Shown piece by piece: positions 17,786 to 28,171 of a stretch of DNA of 64,000 nt. Below the pieces are notes generated by a model that saw nothing but the letters and a program-made list of their open reading frames with translations, searched no databases and was not told the origin of the DNA. Made by a program: the position numbers and the translations under genes. The DNA comes from an uncultured virus (IMG/VR IMGVR_UViG_3300044974_000598) (lineage: Duplodnaviria > Heunggongvirae > Uroviricota > Caudoviricetes). Each line of letters begins with the position of its first letter. Positions within the stretch are counted from its first letter, which is position 1. Location: the IMG/VR virus record IMGVR_UViG_3300044974_000598. One strand, 5' to 3'.

Positions 17786-18679
17786 ATGGCTCGTTTAAAG
17801 GCAGTAGGGTTAGCAGATGCTAACTATTCACAACAAGGTGAAGTAAAAGTACAAAGACAAAATGATGAGGCTGCACAAGCTATGCAGGAATCCTTTTCAT
17901 CTAATACAGCAACAACTTTCAAGATTTTCAAATTATCAGATACCAAGAAAAATGGCAGATACCATATGGAAGGTATTGACGATGTTTGGAATGAAAAGAA
18001 AGGTAGAATGGAAAGAATAAGACTTTTGAGAGGTTATCCAAGTATTTGGGTAGAAGACCAAAAAGGACTTGAAAAATCATTCGTTGAACAAAACAGAAGA
18101 AGCTTAATTTTTGATAGAAGAGTATTAAGAGTAGCTGAATATGACGTAGAAGCTCTTGAGTTTTTAAATCTATGTAACGCTAATCTAGATAATCCTAACA
18201 AAAAAGGTACTAGAAAAATTACATTCTTTCAGTGGAATCCACAAAGAACAGCAGAGCTTGAAAGAGCTAAAAGAGTCGCTAAAGTTGAAGCAATTAAATA
18301 TGCTTCATTGGCAACCGAGGACGAAATGCGTAAGCACTCTAATTTCTTGGGAATTACATTTACGGATGAATTAGGAATGCCTAAATCTATGGATGCATTA
18401 AGAAATGACTACGAACTTTACGCTGAAGCTCAACCTAATAAGTTTATGCAAAGCGCTGGTTCTAAAGAAGTTGAAATAGCATTTATAGTTAAAAAAGCTT
18501 TAATTGATAATAAAATTGACACTACTACAAAAAGAGGTTCAGCTTATTGGTCAAATAATGGAGGTTATATTTGTAAGATACCATCTGACAAAAAACCGCA
18601 AAATTATTTAGTCGAATTTGCAATGTACCCTCAAGATGAAAGTAAGGCATTTTTAGAGCAATTAAAGAAATTGATGTAA
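17786..18679 (+). CDS. conserved protein downstream of the major capsid gene (crAss-like gene order)
   Basis: RIRLLRGYPSIWVEDQ motif; synteny. Confidence 0.6.
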   Translation: MARLKAVGLADANYSQQGEVKVQRQNDEAAQAMQESFSSNTATTFKIFKLSDTKKNGRYHMEGIDDVWNEKKGRMERIRLLRGYPSIWVEDQKGLEKSFVEQNRRSLIFDRRVLRVAEYDVEALEFLNLCNANLDNPNKKGTRKITFFQWNPQRTAELERAKRVAKVEAIKYASLATEDEMRKHSNFLGITFTDELGMPKSMDALRNDYELYAEAQPNKFMQSAGSKEVEIAFIVKKALIDNKIDTTTKRGSAYWSNNGGYICKIPSDKKPQNYLVEFAMYPQDESKAFLEQLKKLM

Positions 18680-18702
18680 TCTTTCCCCCTCTAAATAAAA
18701 GA

Positions 18703-18735
18703 AGCCCTGTAGCCTAAAAATTACGGGGCTTTTTT
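18703..18735 (+). terminator. intrinsic terminator, followed by a TATATTTG box at 18748-18755
   Basis: AGCCCTGTAG/TTACGGGGCT stem plus T-run. Confidence 0.8.
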
Positions 18736-18772
18736 GTATCTTTTTCGTATATTTGTTGTACAACTTATTTCA

Positions 18773-19465
18773 ATGAATGTTAATGATATGTATCAGATAT
18801 GCCAATTTGCAATTAACAAAGCGCAAAATGGTTATTTAACTCCATCAGAATTTAATCTGACTATAAATCAAGCACAGGTTTCATATCAAGATTATTTATT
18901 AGGAGAGTTTCAACAATACCAACCCGGAAGACCACAAGCTAGAATAAATTATAGTCAAAACGAAAATATAAGACAAAGACTTACTCCATTGCTTGCAACT
19001 ACAGCACTCGTAGTTGATGCCGGCACTGGTGCTATAGCTTATCCGGGCGACTATGTTCAAGCAGATAGTTTATTGACTTCTACGGTGCAAAGAGTTAGAT
19101 ATACTCAACAAGACAGCTTATATTCTTATTTCAATAGTACAATTGACCCTGTAGCGACTAATCCTATTTATATGATTACTAGTACTGGATTCCAATTTTA
19201 TCCAATAACAATTGGTACTGTTACTTTAAACTATATCAAGGAAGCTCCATCAATTGTTTGGGGTTACACAACAGTATCTGGACGACCTGTATATAATCCA
19301 TCTGCATATAATCCGGGTCCACCAGCTTCTGGTAGCCAACAGCCAGTATGGGCTGATGTAGATTTATTGGAAATAATAGCACGCGCATTAAAATTAATAG
19401 GGTTAAACTTGCAAGATGGGCAACTACAGCAATATGCTAATCAAGTAACTCAACAAGGACAATAA
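18773..19465 (+). CDS. tail ring/adaptor protein
   Basis: INKAQNGYLTPSEFNL.INQAQ motif of crAss-like ring proteins; ATG at 18773 preferred over the track start at 18734 because the promoter lies between. Confidence 0.75.
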   Translation: MNVNDMYQICQFAINKAQNGYLTPSEFNLTINQAQVSYQDYLLGEFQQYQPGRPQARINYSQNENIRQRLTPLLATTALVVDAGTGAIAYPGDYVQADSLLTSTVQRVRYTQQDSLYSYFNSTIDPVATNPIYMITSTGFQFYPITIGTVTLNYIKEAPSIVWGYTTVSGRPVYNPSAYNPGPPASGSQQPVWADVDLLEIIARALKLIGLNLQDGQLQQYANQVTQQGQ

Positions 19466-20094
19466 TGACTAGAAAAACATTTATAGAAAGAATATTAAGA
19501 CAAATCTATAATGGGCAACCATCAGATGATAGCAATATTACTTTTAATTTGGTTAATCAATGGCTTAACGATGCAATTGGGGTAGCTGCTAAAAAGAATT
19601 ATACAGATAGTATTCAAATGGATGGTGTTGCTTATGTAAACAATTCATTTTATACAAGTTATTCTGGATTGACAATAACATCAGTAAATAATACTACTTT
19701 TAAATTTACCTTACCACAAATACCAGTAGCATTAGGTAAAAATGAAGGTCTAGCTACATTAAATTTTAGCAATAATAATACTCCAACAACTTTTGGTGCT
19801 GTTCCATTAAGTATGAACCAAGTAGGCTATCAAGATACATTAAGACCAATTCAAAATAAAGTGGTTTATTGGCCACAAGGTCAAGAGGTTTATATGAGTA
19901 CGGGAATACCATTAACTGCCTATAAAGCTAATGTTAGAATGGTTAGTGGTGGCGATTCAAGCGATTTAAATTCAACATTAATTATACCAGATGATTATGT
20001 GCCTATTATGGTAGAGTATATTAAAGCTCAATTAGCCTTTGAAAGGTCAAGACCAATAGACACAAGTAATGATGGAGTAGATAATAATAACTAA
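19465..20094 (+). CDS. tail ring/tubular protein
   Basis: Coupled to the previous gene; C-terminal IIPDDYVPIMVEYI...D.SND pattern. Confidence 0.65.
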   Translation: MTRKTFIERILRQIYNGQPSDDSNITFNLVNQWLNDAIGVAAKKNYTDSIQMDGVAYVNNSFYTSYSGLTITSVNNTTFKFTLPQIPVALGKNEGLATLNFSNNNTPTTFGAVPLSMNQVGYQDTLRPIQNKVVYWPQGQEVYMSTGIPLTAYKANVRMVSGGDSSDLNSTLIIPDDYVPIMVEYIKAQLAFERSRPIDTSNDGVDNNN

Positions 20095-20098
20095 TAAT

Positions 20099-20371
20099 AT
20101 GAAACCAATTAGAGATTTAGTTTTAGTAAAGCCATTTATGGCAGAAGGTATTACAGAGGGAGGTTTATTTTTACCTGAAAACTACATAGAAAGAAGCTGT
20201 AAGGCTAAAGTAGTTTCTACTGGAAGAGGCACAGCTAAAATAAAAATGGAAGCAAAAAAAGATGATATTATTTTTCATATCAAGGGAGCAGGGGAGGCCA
20301 TTTTATTAAACGATGAATTGCATTTCTTGATTCGTCACAATGATATATTAGCTTACGCAACAAATAATTAA
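20099..20371 (+). CDS. groES: co-chaperonin GroES
   Basis: MKPIRDLVLVKP...TEGGLFLP...KVVSTGRG...LIRHNDILA. Confidence 0.9.
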   Translation: MKPIRDLVLVKPFMAEGITEGGLFLPENYIERSCKAKVVSTGRGTAKIKMEAKKDDIIFHIKGAGEAILLNDELHFLIRHNDILAYATNN

Positions 20372-20373
20372 AA

Positions 20374-21144
20374 ATGTCACAAGCAAGAAATTATATAACA
20401 ATAGATTCAGTAATCAATGATTACATTGATGAAAGTGAACAATCAGTCCACAAATACGCTAAATTATATAATATAGCAGTTAGAGGTATGGAAAAACTTG
20501 GGCTTGATTTTTTTTATAAAATTAGGTCAGTTAAAATACCAATTGATACAACAAACTACACCGCTCAACTGCCTAATGATTATATTAGTTATACTAAGAT
20601 AGGCGTATTAAACTCAGTAGGAGAAATTATTCCTTTAAAGTTTAATAACAAAATGACTTATTATGCAGACCAACAGCCAGATAGACTTGCTTTAACTCAA
20701 GATAATACATTAGCTACTTGGTATCAATCTGACTTGCCTTTATGGTTTAATTATTGGGATGGGTATGGTTTTCAAAATATATACGGCTTACCAAGTGGTT
20801 CACCATTTGTAGGTTCATTTAATATAGACGATGCTAATGGGGTAGTTCTTTTAAATCAATATTTTTATTACTCTTATTTGATGATAGAATATTTATCTAG
20901 TGGTAATCCAGATGAGCCATTTAGAATACCTATTCAATTTAGAGAGGCATTATTATCATTTTTAGCTTGGAGAGATATAGCATCTATGCCAAGTACAAGA
21001 AAGGGTAATTTAGGCGATAAAAGAGATAGAAAGCAAGAATTTTACAATCAAAGAAGAATTGCTAATGCTCAATTTAAGCCATTGTACTTGATGCAAGCTT
21101 ACGAACAAAATTTAGACACACAAAGAATGACTGTAAAAGCTTAG
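20374..21144 (+). CDS. tail ring/tubular protein
   Basis: LPNDYISYTKIG and IEYLSSG...IP..FREAL motifs; precedes the muzzle gene. Confidence 0.7.
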   Translation: MSQARNYITIDSVINDYIDESEQSVHKYAKLYNIAVRGMEKLGLDFFYKIRSVKIPIDTTNYTAQLPNDYISYTKIGVLNSVGEIIPLKFNNKMTYYADQQPDRLALTQDNTLATWYQSDLPLWFNYWDGYGFQNIYGLPSGSPFVGSFNIDDANGVVLLNQYFYYSYLMIEYLSSGNPDEPFRIPIQFREALLSFLAWRDIASMPSTRKGNLGDKRDRKQEFYNQRRIANAQFKPLYLMQAYEQNLDTQRMTVKA

Positions 21145-21150
21145 AAATAG

Positions 21151-24100
21151 ATGCCAATTATAAATAACCCGTTTAATGGTAAGTTAAATTTAGATGTTGC
21201 TCAATATAGAATTTCTAATGGAGATTATATTGATGCGTTAAATATAACTAAGGATTCAGAAGGTGTTGGCAATGATTTGGTTGTTGCTAATATCTTAGGT
21301 AATACTGAAATACCATACACACTACCTGCGGGCGAAAATAAAGTAATTGGTTTTTATCCAGACAAAGTAAGAGATAGGGCTTATTATTTTCTTTGGAATA
21401 GCAATGGTTATAATAGCATTTTATATTATAATGCTAGCACAGAAGCTATTGTAAAGGTTTTAGAAAGCAAAACAGATAGCGATGGGATTGATATTTTAAA
21501 TTTTAATCCATCTTATAAAGTTTTATCAGTTAATATATATTATAGAGATGTAGAAGGAGATATATTATTCTTTAATGATGGTTTAAACCCACCTAGGAAT
21601 ATAAATATTTTAGCTAATTATGGTACTTCATGGAAAGCAGAATATCTTTTAGTGATAAAAGCTCCTCCAGTTATGCCGGCAAAAGTAGTTTATGAAAATG
21701 TTGAAGCTGGAACAGACCTTACTATAAACAATGTTCGTAATAAATTATTTCAATTTTCTTATAGATTTGTTTATGATAATAATGAAAAGTCAGTATGGAG
21801 TACAAAAAGTATAGTCCCATTACCAGAACAGCCAACTTTTAATTTTACAGAAAATGATTATTTAAATAATGCTCGTATATCATTATCTGTTTCTACGGGA
21901 GGGGTAAATGTTCAAAAAATAGAATTAGCATTCAGAGATACAACTAATGGCCTTACTAGTGATTTGTATTTAATTACTCAAGTAGATAAAACTGTTGCTG
22001 GGATATTAGATAATGATATATATACATTCCAATTTTATAATGATAGTATATATGCTTTAATAGACATAATTGAAACAGCTCAACTACAAGATTGGGTTCC
22101 ACAAAAATCAAACGCAGCCGAACTAGCAAATGGTAACGTATTATTATACTCTGGCATTACAGAGGGGTATGAAAAAACAGATGTAGTATTACAAGTCGAA
22201 ACACAAACTGAAGAATCGCAATACTTTATTGATAATTGTGGTCTTTTGTTTTTTGCTACTTGCAATGGACTTGATAGTGGTAGTGTAGGTACTATAATGA
22301 AAGTTTATGTTTTTGGGACAGGTGAAAACACTTCTGGAATCGTTACTACTTTAAATAATCCAGCAGGTGTTTATGTTATAAATGCTCAAAGCAATACAGG
22401 AGCAGATATAGGAATAAGTTATGCTTATGCAAGTTCAACTCCTTTGTTAGTATCAAATTTATTAACTTCTGTCGGTTCTGCTTTAACTGCAAATGGGTGG
22501 GTAATTACAATATTAGATAATGTTTTAACAGCTACATATTCTGGAGGATTTATTTTATACTCAAGTGGTGTTAAATATTTATCTCCATATGGTGCAGATA
22601 ACACATTATTCGCAAATGCAGCGAATTCAGGATATCAATATGCAATACAATATTTTGATGCAGAGGGTAGAACAATTGGCGCTCAAACAGACAAAGACGG
22701 CCATGCAGGTTTTAATACACCTGCGCAAGTAGATGGTGTTAAATTTTGTCAAACATATTTAAAAATATATAATAGACCCCCATTAGAAGCAATATATTAT
22801 CAAGTATTAAGGTCAAATAATACAACTTATAATAAAAGATTATTTTGGGTTAGCGAATCGGCATATTCTGGATTGACAACTCAAATAGACCAAGATAGAT
22901 TTTTTTATATTGGTATTGGAAATATTGAATTATATAATACTTCGATTAGTTCTACCGCAAATGTAGTTTCTTATAATTATACCGAAGGTGATAGAATTAA
23001 GTTTTTTAGAAGATATGATGCAGATAATGCAGCTCTAAGTATTCCTGAGCAATACGATTATGAAATTGTAGGAACAGTAGCTACATTCCAATATAATATA
23101 GATACTACGCCAGCAAATACAAATACATATACGGCAACTGGTAATTTTTTAAAAATAAGATACCCGTATGATGATATAGATACGGACCCGGCTAGTGGTT
23201 TTCAATTCCCCGGAACAGCTGATTGGCTGCATTATGAAATATTATTGTATAATTATACTTCAAATGTATCTTCAACACAAAGGGCTTTTTATGAATTTGG
23301 TAGATGTTTTGGTATAGGGAATCCCGGAACTGAAAATGCTTATCATATTGGTTTAGAGCATACACAAAGTGCAGACGCTGGCCCTAATCACTATGCAACT
23401 ATATCTGGTACAAATGGAGATTTATTTTACAGGAAAAGAAGGGTATTATATAGTGATAATTTTAATTATACTTCAGAATTAGCGGATATAACAACAGGAC
23501 CAGCTCCATGGTCAAGGCGTACACAAAAATTAGGTATCCCAGTTTCTCCTACTATTGATAATGCATCATATACAATACAAACTCAAGTTGATGATTATGC
23601 TAGCTTAGACCCTAATGAATACCCTACTTGGGTTGATAATGATTATTTTTTTTATAATAAATCATTAATTAATTCAAAAACAATATCAATAAAGGGTGCT
23701 ATTCAAGTTCAGTGTAATCATTTAACATCATTTTCATTTTATGCTATAATTTGTACAGATATAGTACCAGTAGCCCCAAAATTTTTAGTTTCATTATTGC
23801 CGCTTGAGTCTAATAATTTAGTTGCGGACCAGATTTATACCTTTGATGTAAACAAAGAATTTAATGCTCCACCTACAGCAAAAATTTGGGTAGTAGTTAG
23901 CTACACTAGAATAGTATATGATGAATTAACATTGACAGTTTCCCCATTTAATTTTGATTTCAATATTATAAAAAATAATAATATTGAAATTATAGAAAGT
24001 AGCTTTAATGATACATATAATTTAGTTACAAATAGTAATGGTAGACCTTCTGTAATAGATGAAAATGCAGCTAAAAGATATTTCCCTACTTTAATTAGAT

Positions 24101-26967
24101 TTGGACAAGCATATCAATTTAATACCAATATTAACGGTACTAATAGATTCTTTTACGAAAACTTTGATGAATACGATAGAAGCTTTGGAGATGTAATAAG
24201 ATTGCATGTTAGAGATAGATATTTAAAGGTTTATCAAAAGTTTAAAGTAGGTAATGTGCCTATTTTAACTCAAATATTAAAAGATAGTGCTAATAACCCA
24301 TTGCAAGCTAATACAGATGTTTTAATTAATAAAATTCAGTATTATGCAGGTGATTATGGTATTGGAGATGCGGCAACAAGTTTAGCTTGGAATAACTTTG
24401 CTGATTATTTTGTAGATAATTACAGAGGTGTTGTTTGTAGGTTAAGTCAAGATGGTATTACTGCAATAAGTATTACTAACAAAATGAATGCTTTTTTTGT
24501 GGCTACATTAAGTGCATATAGACAAGAGTTAAATAATGGTATTTCAAATGAATTAACATATTTAGGTAACCCTTGTATTTATGGTGTATTTGATGCTTAT
24601 ACTAATAAGTATATAATTGCTATGGAGGAAATTAATAGATTTATTACTACTACAACAACTTCAACTACAACTGCGGCTCCAACTACAACAACTACTACAA
24701 CAACTACTACTACAACTACAACTACGACAACTTCAACTACAACTGCGGCTCCAACGACTACTACAACAACTCAAGCACTTGTAAGTTTTGATACTTCTGG
24801 AGGTTGTGAAAATGGTAGCTCTAGTGATGGCGTAGGCGCAATGGTAAGTTTTAGTGGTGGTTCTGGTCTTTACCAAGCATCAACTACAACATATGCAAGC
24901 GAAGTATTAGCTTTAGCGGGAACTTATTCAGACGCTGTAGCAACAAGAACATTTAGTGGTTTAGCTGTTGGAACATATTGGGTAGCCCTTAGAGATAAAA
25001 ATAATATTAGTGACAAAATAGCTCATTCATTTGAAATTACTACTTGCACAATTACAACTACAACTACTACTTTACCACCTTTGACTTATGATTTTACAGC
25101 TACTTGTACAAGCACAACTGCTCAAGATATAACAATAGACAACTTTGCTGGCGGAGATAGTACTGATTATTATGCAAACACAGTAACATATGATGATGCG
25201 GTAGCTGCAGCAGCTGGGGCAACAACATTGGTAATTGGCGGGACTAGAACATTTATAGGTCAAGCCGTAGGGACTCGTTATGTATATGCATATTCAGCAA
25301 CTAGGTCATTAGTTAAAAATGGTGGAAATTCTTGTGCAACAACTACAACTACTGCAGCTCCTACTACAACAACTACTACAACAGTAGCTCCTGTAAGTTT
25401 TGATACTTCTGGCGGATGTGAGAATGGTAGCTCTAGTGATGGGGTAGGTGCTATGATTAGTTTTAGTGGAGGTTCTGGGCTTTATCAAGCATCAAGTACA
25501 ACCTATGCTAGCGAAGCTTTAGCCTTAGCAGGGACTTATACAGACGTTGTAGCAACAAGAACTTTTACTGGATTGGCTGTTGGAACATATTGGGTAGCAT
25601 TAAGAGATAAAAATAATATTAGCGATAAAATAGCTCATTCATTTGAAATTACTACTTGTCCGACCACAACAACTACAACAACGACCTTACCCCCTTTAAC
25701 TTATGATTTTAGTGCAACTTGTACAAGTACAACTGCCCAAGATATTACAATTAATAATTTTGCAGGCGGGGATGGTACTGATTATTACGCTAACACAGTA
25801 ACATATGCAGATGCAGTGTCAGCGGCAGCGGGTGCAACAACACTAGTAACTAGTGGAACTAGAACATTCACATCTCAAGCTGTAGGAACTCGCTATGTAT
25901 ATGCATATTCCGCGACTAGGTCATTGGTAAAAAATGGCGGAAATTCTTGTGCTACAACAACGACTACAACTACTGCCGCTCCTACAACAACGACAACTGC
26001 CGCTCCTACAACGACAACTACTACAACGACAACTACGACTACTTTACCGCCAGTTAATTTTACTCTGTCTTATACTTGTTCTGGAATAGGTAGTCAAATA
26101 ACAGCCAATGCGTTTACTGGTGGAGCTGGAACTTATCAAATTTCAACTCAATTATATACAAGTGAATCAGCTGCTTATGGTGGGGTATTTGTATCAATTA
26201 CTACTTCCAAAACTTACCCTATTGGTACTAATCAACAATACTGGGTTGCATTAAGAGATGCAGTAAATAATAGTAATGTTTTAGCTAAAACAATAACACC
26301 AAATTGTACTACAACTACAACTACTACAACTACTACAACAGCCGCTCCAACAACTACAACAACAACTGTTGCCCCGACGACTACAACTACTACATTACCT
26401 CCTGTAACTTATGATATAACTGCAACTTGTACTGGTACAACTCAAACAATTACAATTAACAACTTTGCTGGTGGTGATGGTACAAATTATTATGCTAACA
26501 CTACAACTTATGGCGATGCTGTATCAGCAGCCGCAGGAGCCACAACATTAGTAACAGGTGGAACTAGGTCTTTCACAGGACAAGTAAGCGGAACACGATA
26601 TGTATATGTATATTCAGGTACTAGGTCTTTAGTGAGAAATGCAGGCAATTCTTGTACAACTACAACAACTACTACAACAGCTGCGCCAACTACAACAACT
26701 ACTACTGCCGCTCCTACAACAACCACAACCGAACCGCCACCACCTCCTAATTTTGAATATACTGCTACAAGTTGCAGTGGAGGAACAAGCAATATTATTA
26801 CTTCTAGTTCATTATCTGTTGGGTCATATTATCATATAACAGGCACTATACCTACACAATGTTATTATATAGATAGTTTCGTAGGTGCAACAGCTTCTTC
26901 TCCTACCATTTCTTTCGGAGGATTTGCAACAGATTGCTCTGATAATACAAACTGTACTCAATTATAA
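21151..26967 (+). CDS. tail muzzle/stabilisation protein (N-terminal part) with a ~770-aa Thr-rich multi-domain extension
   Basis: GKLNLD...GDYIDALNI, LFFNDGLNPPRNIN, FQFSYRFVY, YAGDYGIG...YFVD..RGVVCRLSQDGIT.IS motifs; repeats from 24646. Confidence 0.8.
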   Translation: MPIINNPFNGKLNLDVAQYRISNGDYIDALNITKDSEGVGNDLVVANILGNTEIPYTLPAGENKVIGFYPDKVRDRAYYFLWNSNGYNSILYYNASTEAIVKVLESKTDSDGIDILNFNPSYKVLSVNIYYRDVEGDILFFNDGLNPPRNINILANYGTSWKAEYLLVIKAPPVMPAKVVYENVEAGTDLTINNVRNKLFQFSYRFVYDNNEKSVWSTKSIVPLPEQPTFNFTENDYLNNARISLSVSTGGVNVQKIELAFRDTTNGLTSDLYLITQVDKTVAGILDNDIYTFQFYNDSIYALIDIIETAQLQDWVPQKSNAAELANGNVLLYSGITEGYEKTDVVLQVETQTEESQYFIDNCGLLFFATCNGLDSGSVGTIMKVYVFGTGENTSGIVTTLNNPAGVYVINAQSNTGADIGISYAYASSTPLLVSNLLTSVGSALTANGWVITILDNVLTATYSGGFILYSSGVKYLSPYGADNTLFANAANSGYQYAIQYFDAEGRTIGAQTDKDGHAGFNTPAQVDGVKFCQTYLKIYNRPPLEAIYYQVLRSNNTTYNKRLFWVSESAYSGLTTQIDQDRFFYIGIGNIELYNTSISSTANVVSYNYTEGDRIKFFRRYDADNAALSIPEQYDYEIVGTVATFQYNIDTTPANTNTYTATGNFLKIRYPYDDIDTDPASGFQFPGTADWLHYEILLYNYTSNVSSTQRAFYEFGRCFGIGNPGTENAYHIGLEHTQSADAGPNHYATISGTNGDLFYRKRRVLYSDNFNYTSELADITTGPAPWSRRTQKLGIPVSPTIDNASYTIQTQVDDYASLDPNEYPTWVDNDYFFYNKSLINSKTISIKGAIQVQCNHLTSFSFYAIICTDIVPVAPKFLVSLLPLESNNLVADQIYTFDVNKEFNAPPTAKIWVVVSYTRIVYDELTLTVSPFNFDFNIIKNNNIEIIESSFNDTYNLVTNSNGRPSVIDENAAKRYFPTLIRFGQAYQFNTNINGTNRFFYENFDEYDRSFGDVIRLHVRDRYLKVYQKFKVGNVPILTQILKDSANNPLQANTDVLINKIQYYAGDYGIGDAATSLAWNNFADYFVDNYRGVVCRLSQDGITAISITNKMNAFFVATLSAYRQELNNGISNELTYLGNPCIYGVFDAYTNKYIIAMEEINRFITTTTTSTTTAAPTTTTTTTTTTTTTTTTTSTTTAAPTTTTTTQALVSFDTSGGCENGSSSDGVGAMVSFSGGSGLYQASTTTYASEVLALAGTYSDAVATRTFSGLAVGTYWVALRDKNNISDKIAHSFEITTCTITTTTTTLPPLTYDFTATCTSTTAQDITIDNFAGGDSTDYYANTVTYDDAVAAAAGATTLVIGGTRTFIGQAVGTRYVYAYSATRSLVKNGGNSCATTTTTAAPTTTTTTTVAPVSFDTSGGCENGSSSDGVGAMISFSGGSGLYQASSTTYASEALALAGTYTDVVATRTFTGLAVGTYWVALRDKNNISDKIAHSFEITTCPTTTTTTTTLPPLTYDFSATCTSTTAQDITINNFAGGDGTDYYANTVTYADAVSAAAGATTLVTSGTRTFTSQAVGTRYVYAYSATRSLVKNGGNSCATTTTTTTAAPTTTTTAAPTTTTTTTTTTTTLPPVNFTLSYTCSGIGSQITANAFTGGAGTYQISTQLYTSESAAYGGVFVSITTSKTYPIGTNQQYWVALRDAVNNSNVLAKTITPNCTTTTTTTTTTTAAPTTTTTTVAPTTTTTTLPPVTYDITATCTGTTQTITINNFAGGDGTNYYANTTTYGDAVSAAAGATTLVTGGTRSFTGQVSGTRYVYVYSGTRSLVRNAGNSCTTTTTTTTAAPTTTTTTAAPTTTTTEPPPPPNFEYTATSCSGGTSNIITSSSLSVGSYYHITGTIPTQCYYIDSFVGATASSPTISFGGFATDCSDNTNCTQL
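24646..26745 (+). repeat. six SprB/Ig-like modules (A-B-A-B-A'-B) separated by poly-Thr/TTTAAP linkers
   Basis: A units at ~24781 and ~25393 are near-identical, with a divergent copy at ~26053; B units at ~25081, ~25696 and ~26404. Confidence 0.85.
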
Positions 26968-26976
26968 ACAATAAAA

Positions 26977-27528
26977 ATGGCAATATTAACTTTTCATCAA
27001 GACCCATATACCATAGCCTTTGACGAGGTAGGTAACTCATTTGAGTCTTTTTATTCATATCATCCAGAGATGATGGGGGAGCTAAATACTACCCTATTCT
27101 CGTTCAAAGATGGGGGTATTTGGAGGCATACGAATAGTACAAACTATTGTAACTTTTATGGCACACAATATGGCGCCTCAATAACCACTGTTTTCAATAC
27201 AGCCTCAATAGATAAAAAGACTTGGATTTCTGTTATGGAAACGGGTAATACCATATGGGCTTGCCCAGCAATAACCACCCAAATGAATACGGGAGGGGTT
27301 TCTACAAATCAAACAAGCTTGCTTTTAGCAAGTGATTTTGTGTCTTTGGAAGCTGAGTACCAAGCATCGTTTTTAAGGGATTCTAGCAGTCCCGGAGGCC
27401 TTGTAGAAGGAGATAGCTTGAAGGGTGGTTACATGGTCATAAAATTTGAGAAAACAAGTGCCAATTCTTTCGTATATTTGAATAGCGCAACGACCAAATA
27501 TATCAATTCACCATTGAATAATAGATAA
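26977..27528 (+). CDS. C-terminal part of the muzzle/stabilisation protein as a separate ORF
   Basis: TIAFDE...FESFYSYHPE...LFSFKDG.IWRH...NFYG.QY and GDSLKGGY motifs typical of this family's C-terminus. Confidence 0.75.
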   Translation: MAILTFHQDPYTIAFDEVGNSFESFYSYHPEMMGELNTTLFSFKDGGIWRHTNSTNYCNFYGTQYGASITTVFNTASIDKKTWISVMETGNTIWACPAITTQMNTGGVSTNQTSLLLASDFVSLEAEYQASFLRDSSSPGGLVEGDSLKGGYMVIKFEKTSANSFVYLNSATTKYINSPLNNR

Positions 27529-27541
27529 AAAATAATTATAT

Positions 27542-28153
27542 ATGTTACCATTATTAGTACCAGCATTAGCGCAAGCAGGAATAGGTATAATTCAATCTGC
27601 TACAAGCGGTGCAAGAAAAGCTGAAAGAGATTTTGAAAGCTTTGCTAAACAAAGACCACTAGCAAAATCTAGTGCATCTCTTGATAATTATTATCAACAA
27701 GCTTTAAATAGATATAATGAAAATCCTTATCAATCTCAGCAATATCAAGTAGGCGCAATGAATGCTCAAAGAGCAACAGCTCAAGGTATTGGAGCATTGC
27801 AAGATAGACGCTCTGCAATTGGTGGAATTGGTAGATTAGCCCTTGGTCAAAATGCTGCTATGCAAAATTTAGGAGTGCAAGCAGAAGCACAAAGAAACGC
27901 AAGATTTGGTCAATTAGGTAGTGCAACTCAAATGAAAACAGCTCAAGATAGATATCTTTATGATGTTAATGAAGCTACTCCATTTAATACAATGTTAGGT
28001 ATTAAGCAAATGAAATCTCAAGCAGCAAATGAGAGATTTAATGCAGGATTAAGTATGATAGGCGGTGCGGCAAGTAATTATATGTTAGGGTCTATTTATG
28101 GAAGTAATGCTAAGAAACCCAAAATCGGAGTTTTACCCGAAAATGAATATTAA
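27542..28153 (+). CDS. small ejection/cargo protein
   Basis: A/G/Q-rich with hydrophobic termini; follows the muzzle gene. Confidence 0.6.
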   Translation: MLPLLVPALAQAGIGIIQSATSGARKAERDFESFAKQRPLAKSSASLDNYYQQALNRYNENPYQSQQYQVGAMNAQRATAQGIGALQDRRSAIGGIGRLALGQNAAMQNLGVQAEAQRNARFGQLGSATQMKTAQDRYLYDVNEATPFNTMLGIKQMKSQAANERFNAGLSMIGGAASNYMLGSIYGSNAKKPKIGVLPENEY

Positions 28154-28171
28154 TTATCAAAATAATATAAA

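Noticed and set aside
24781..26655. Near-identical module pairs as a diversity-generating retroelement TR/VR
   Set aside because: Differences are mostly synonymous and not adenine-specific, and no reverse transcriptase is present.
26508..26839. Val-rich antisense and Gln/Leu-rich alternative-frame ORFs
   Set aside because: They are shadows of the poly-Thr codons in the muzzle extension.
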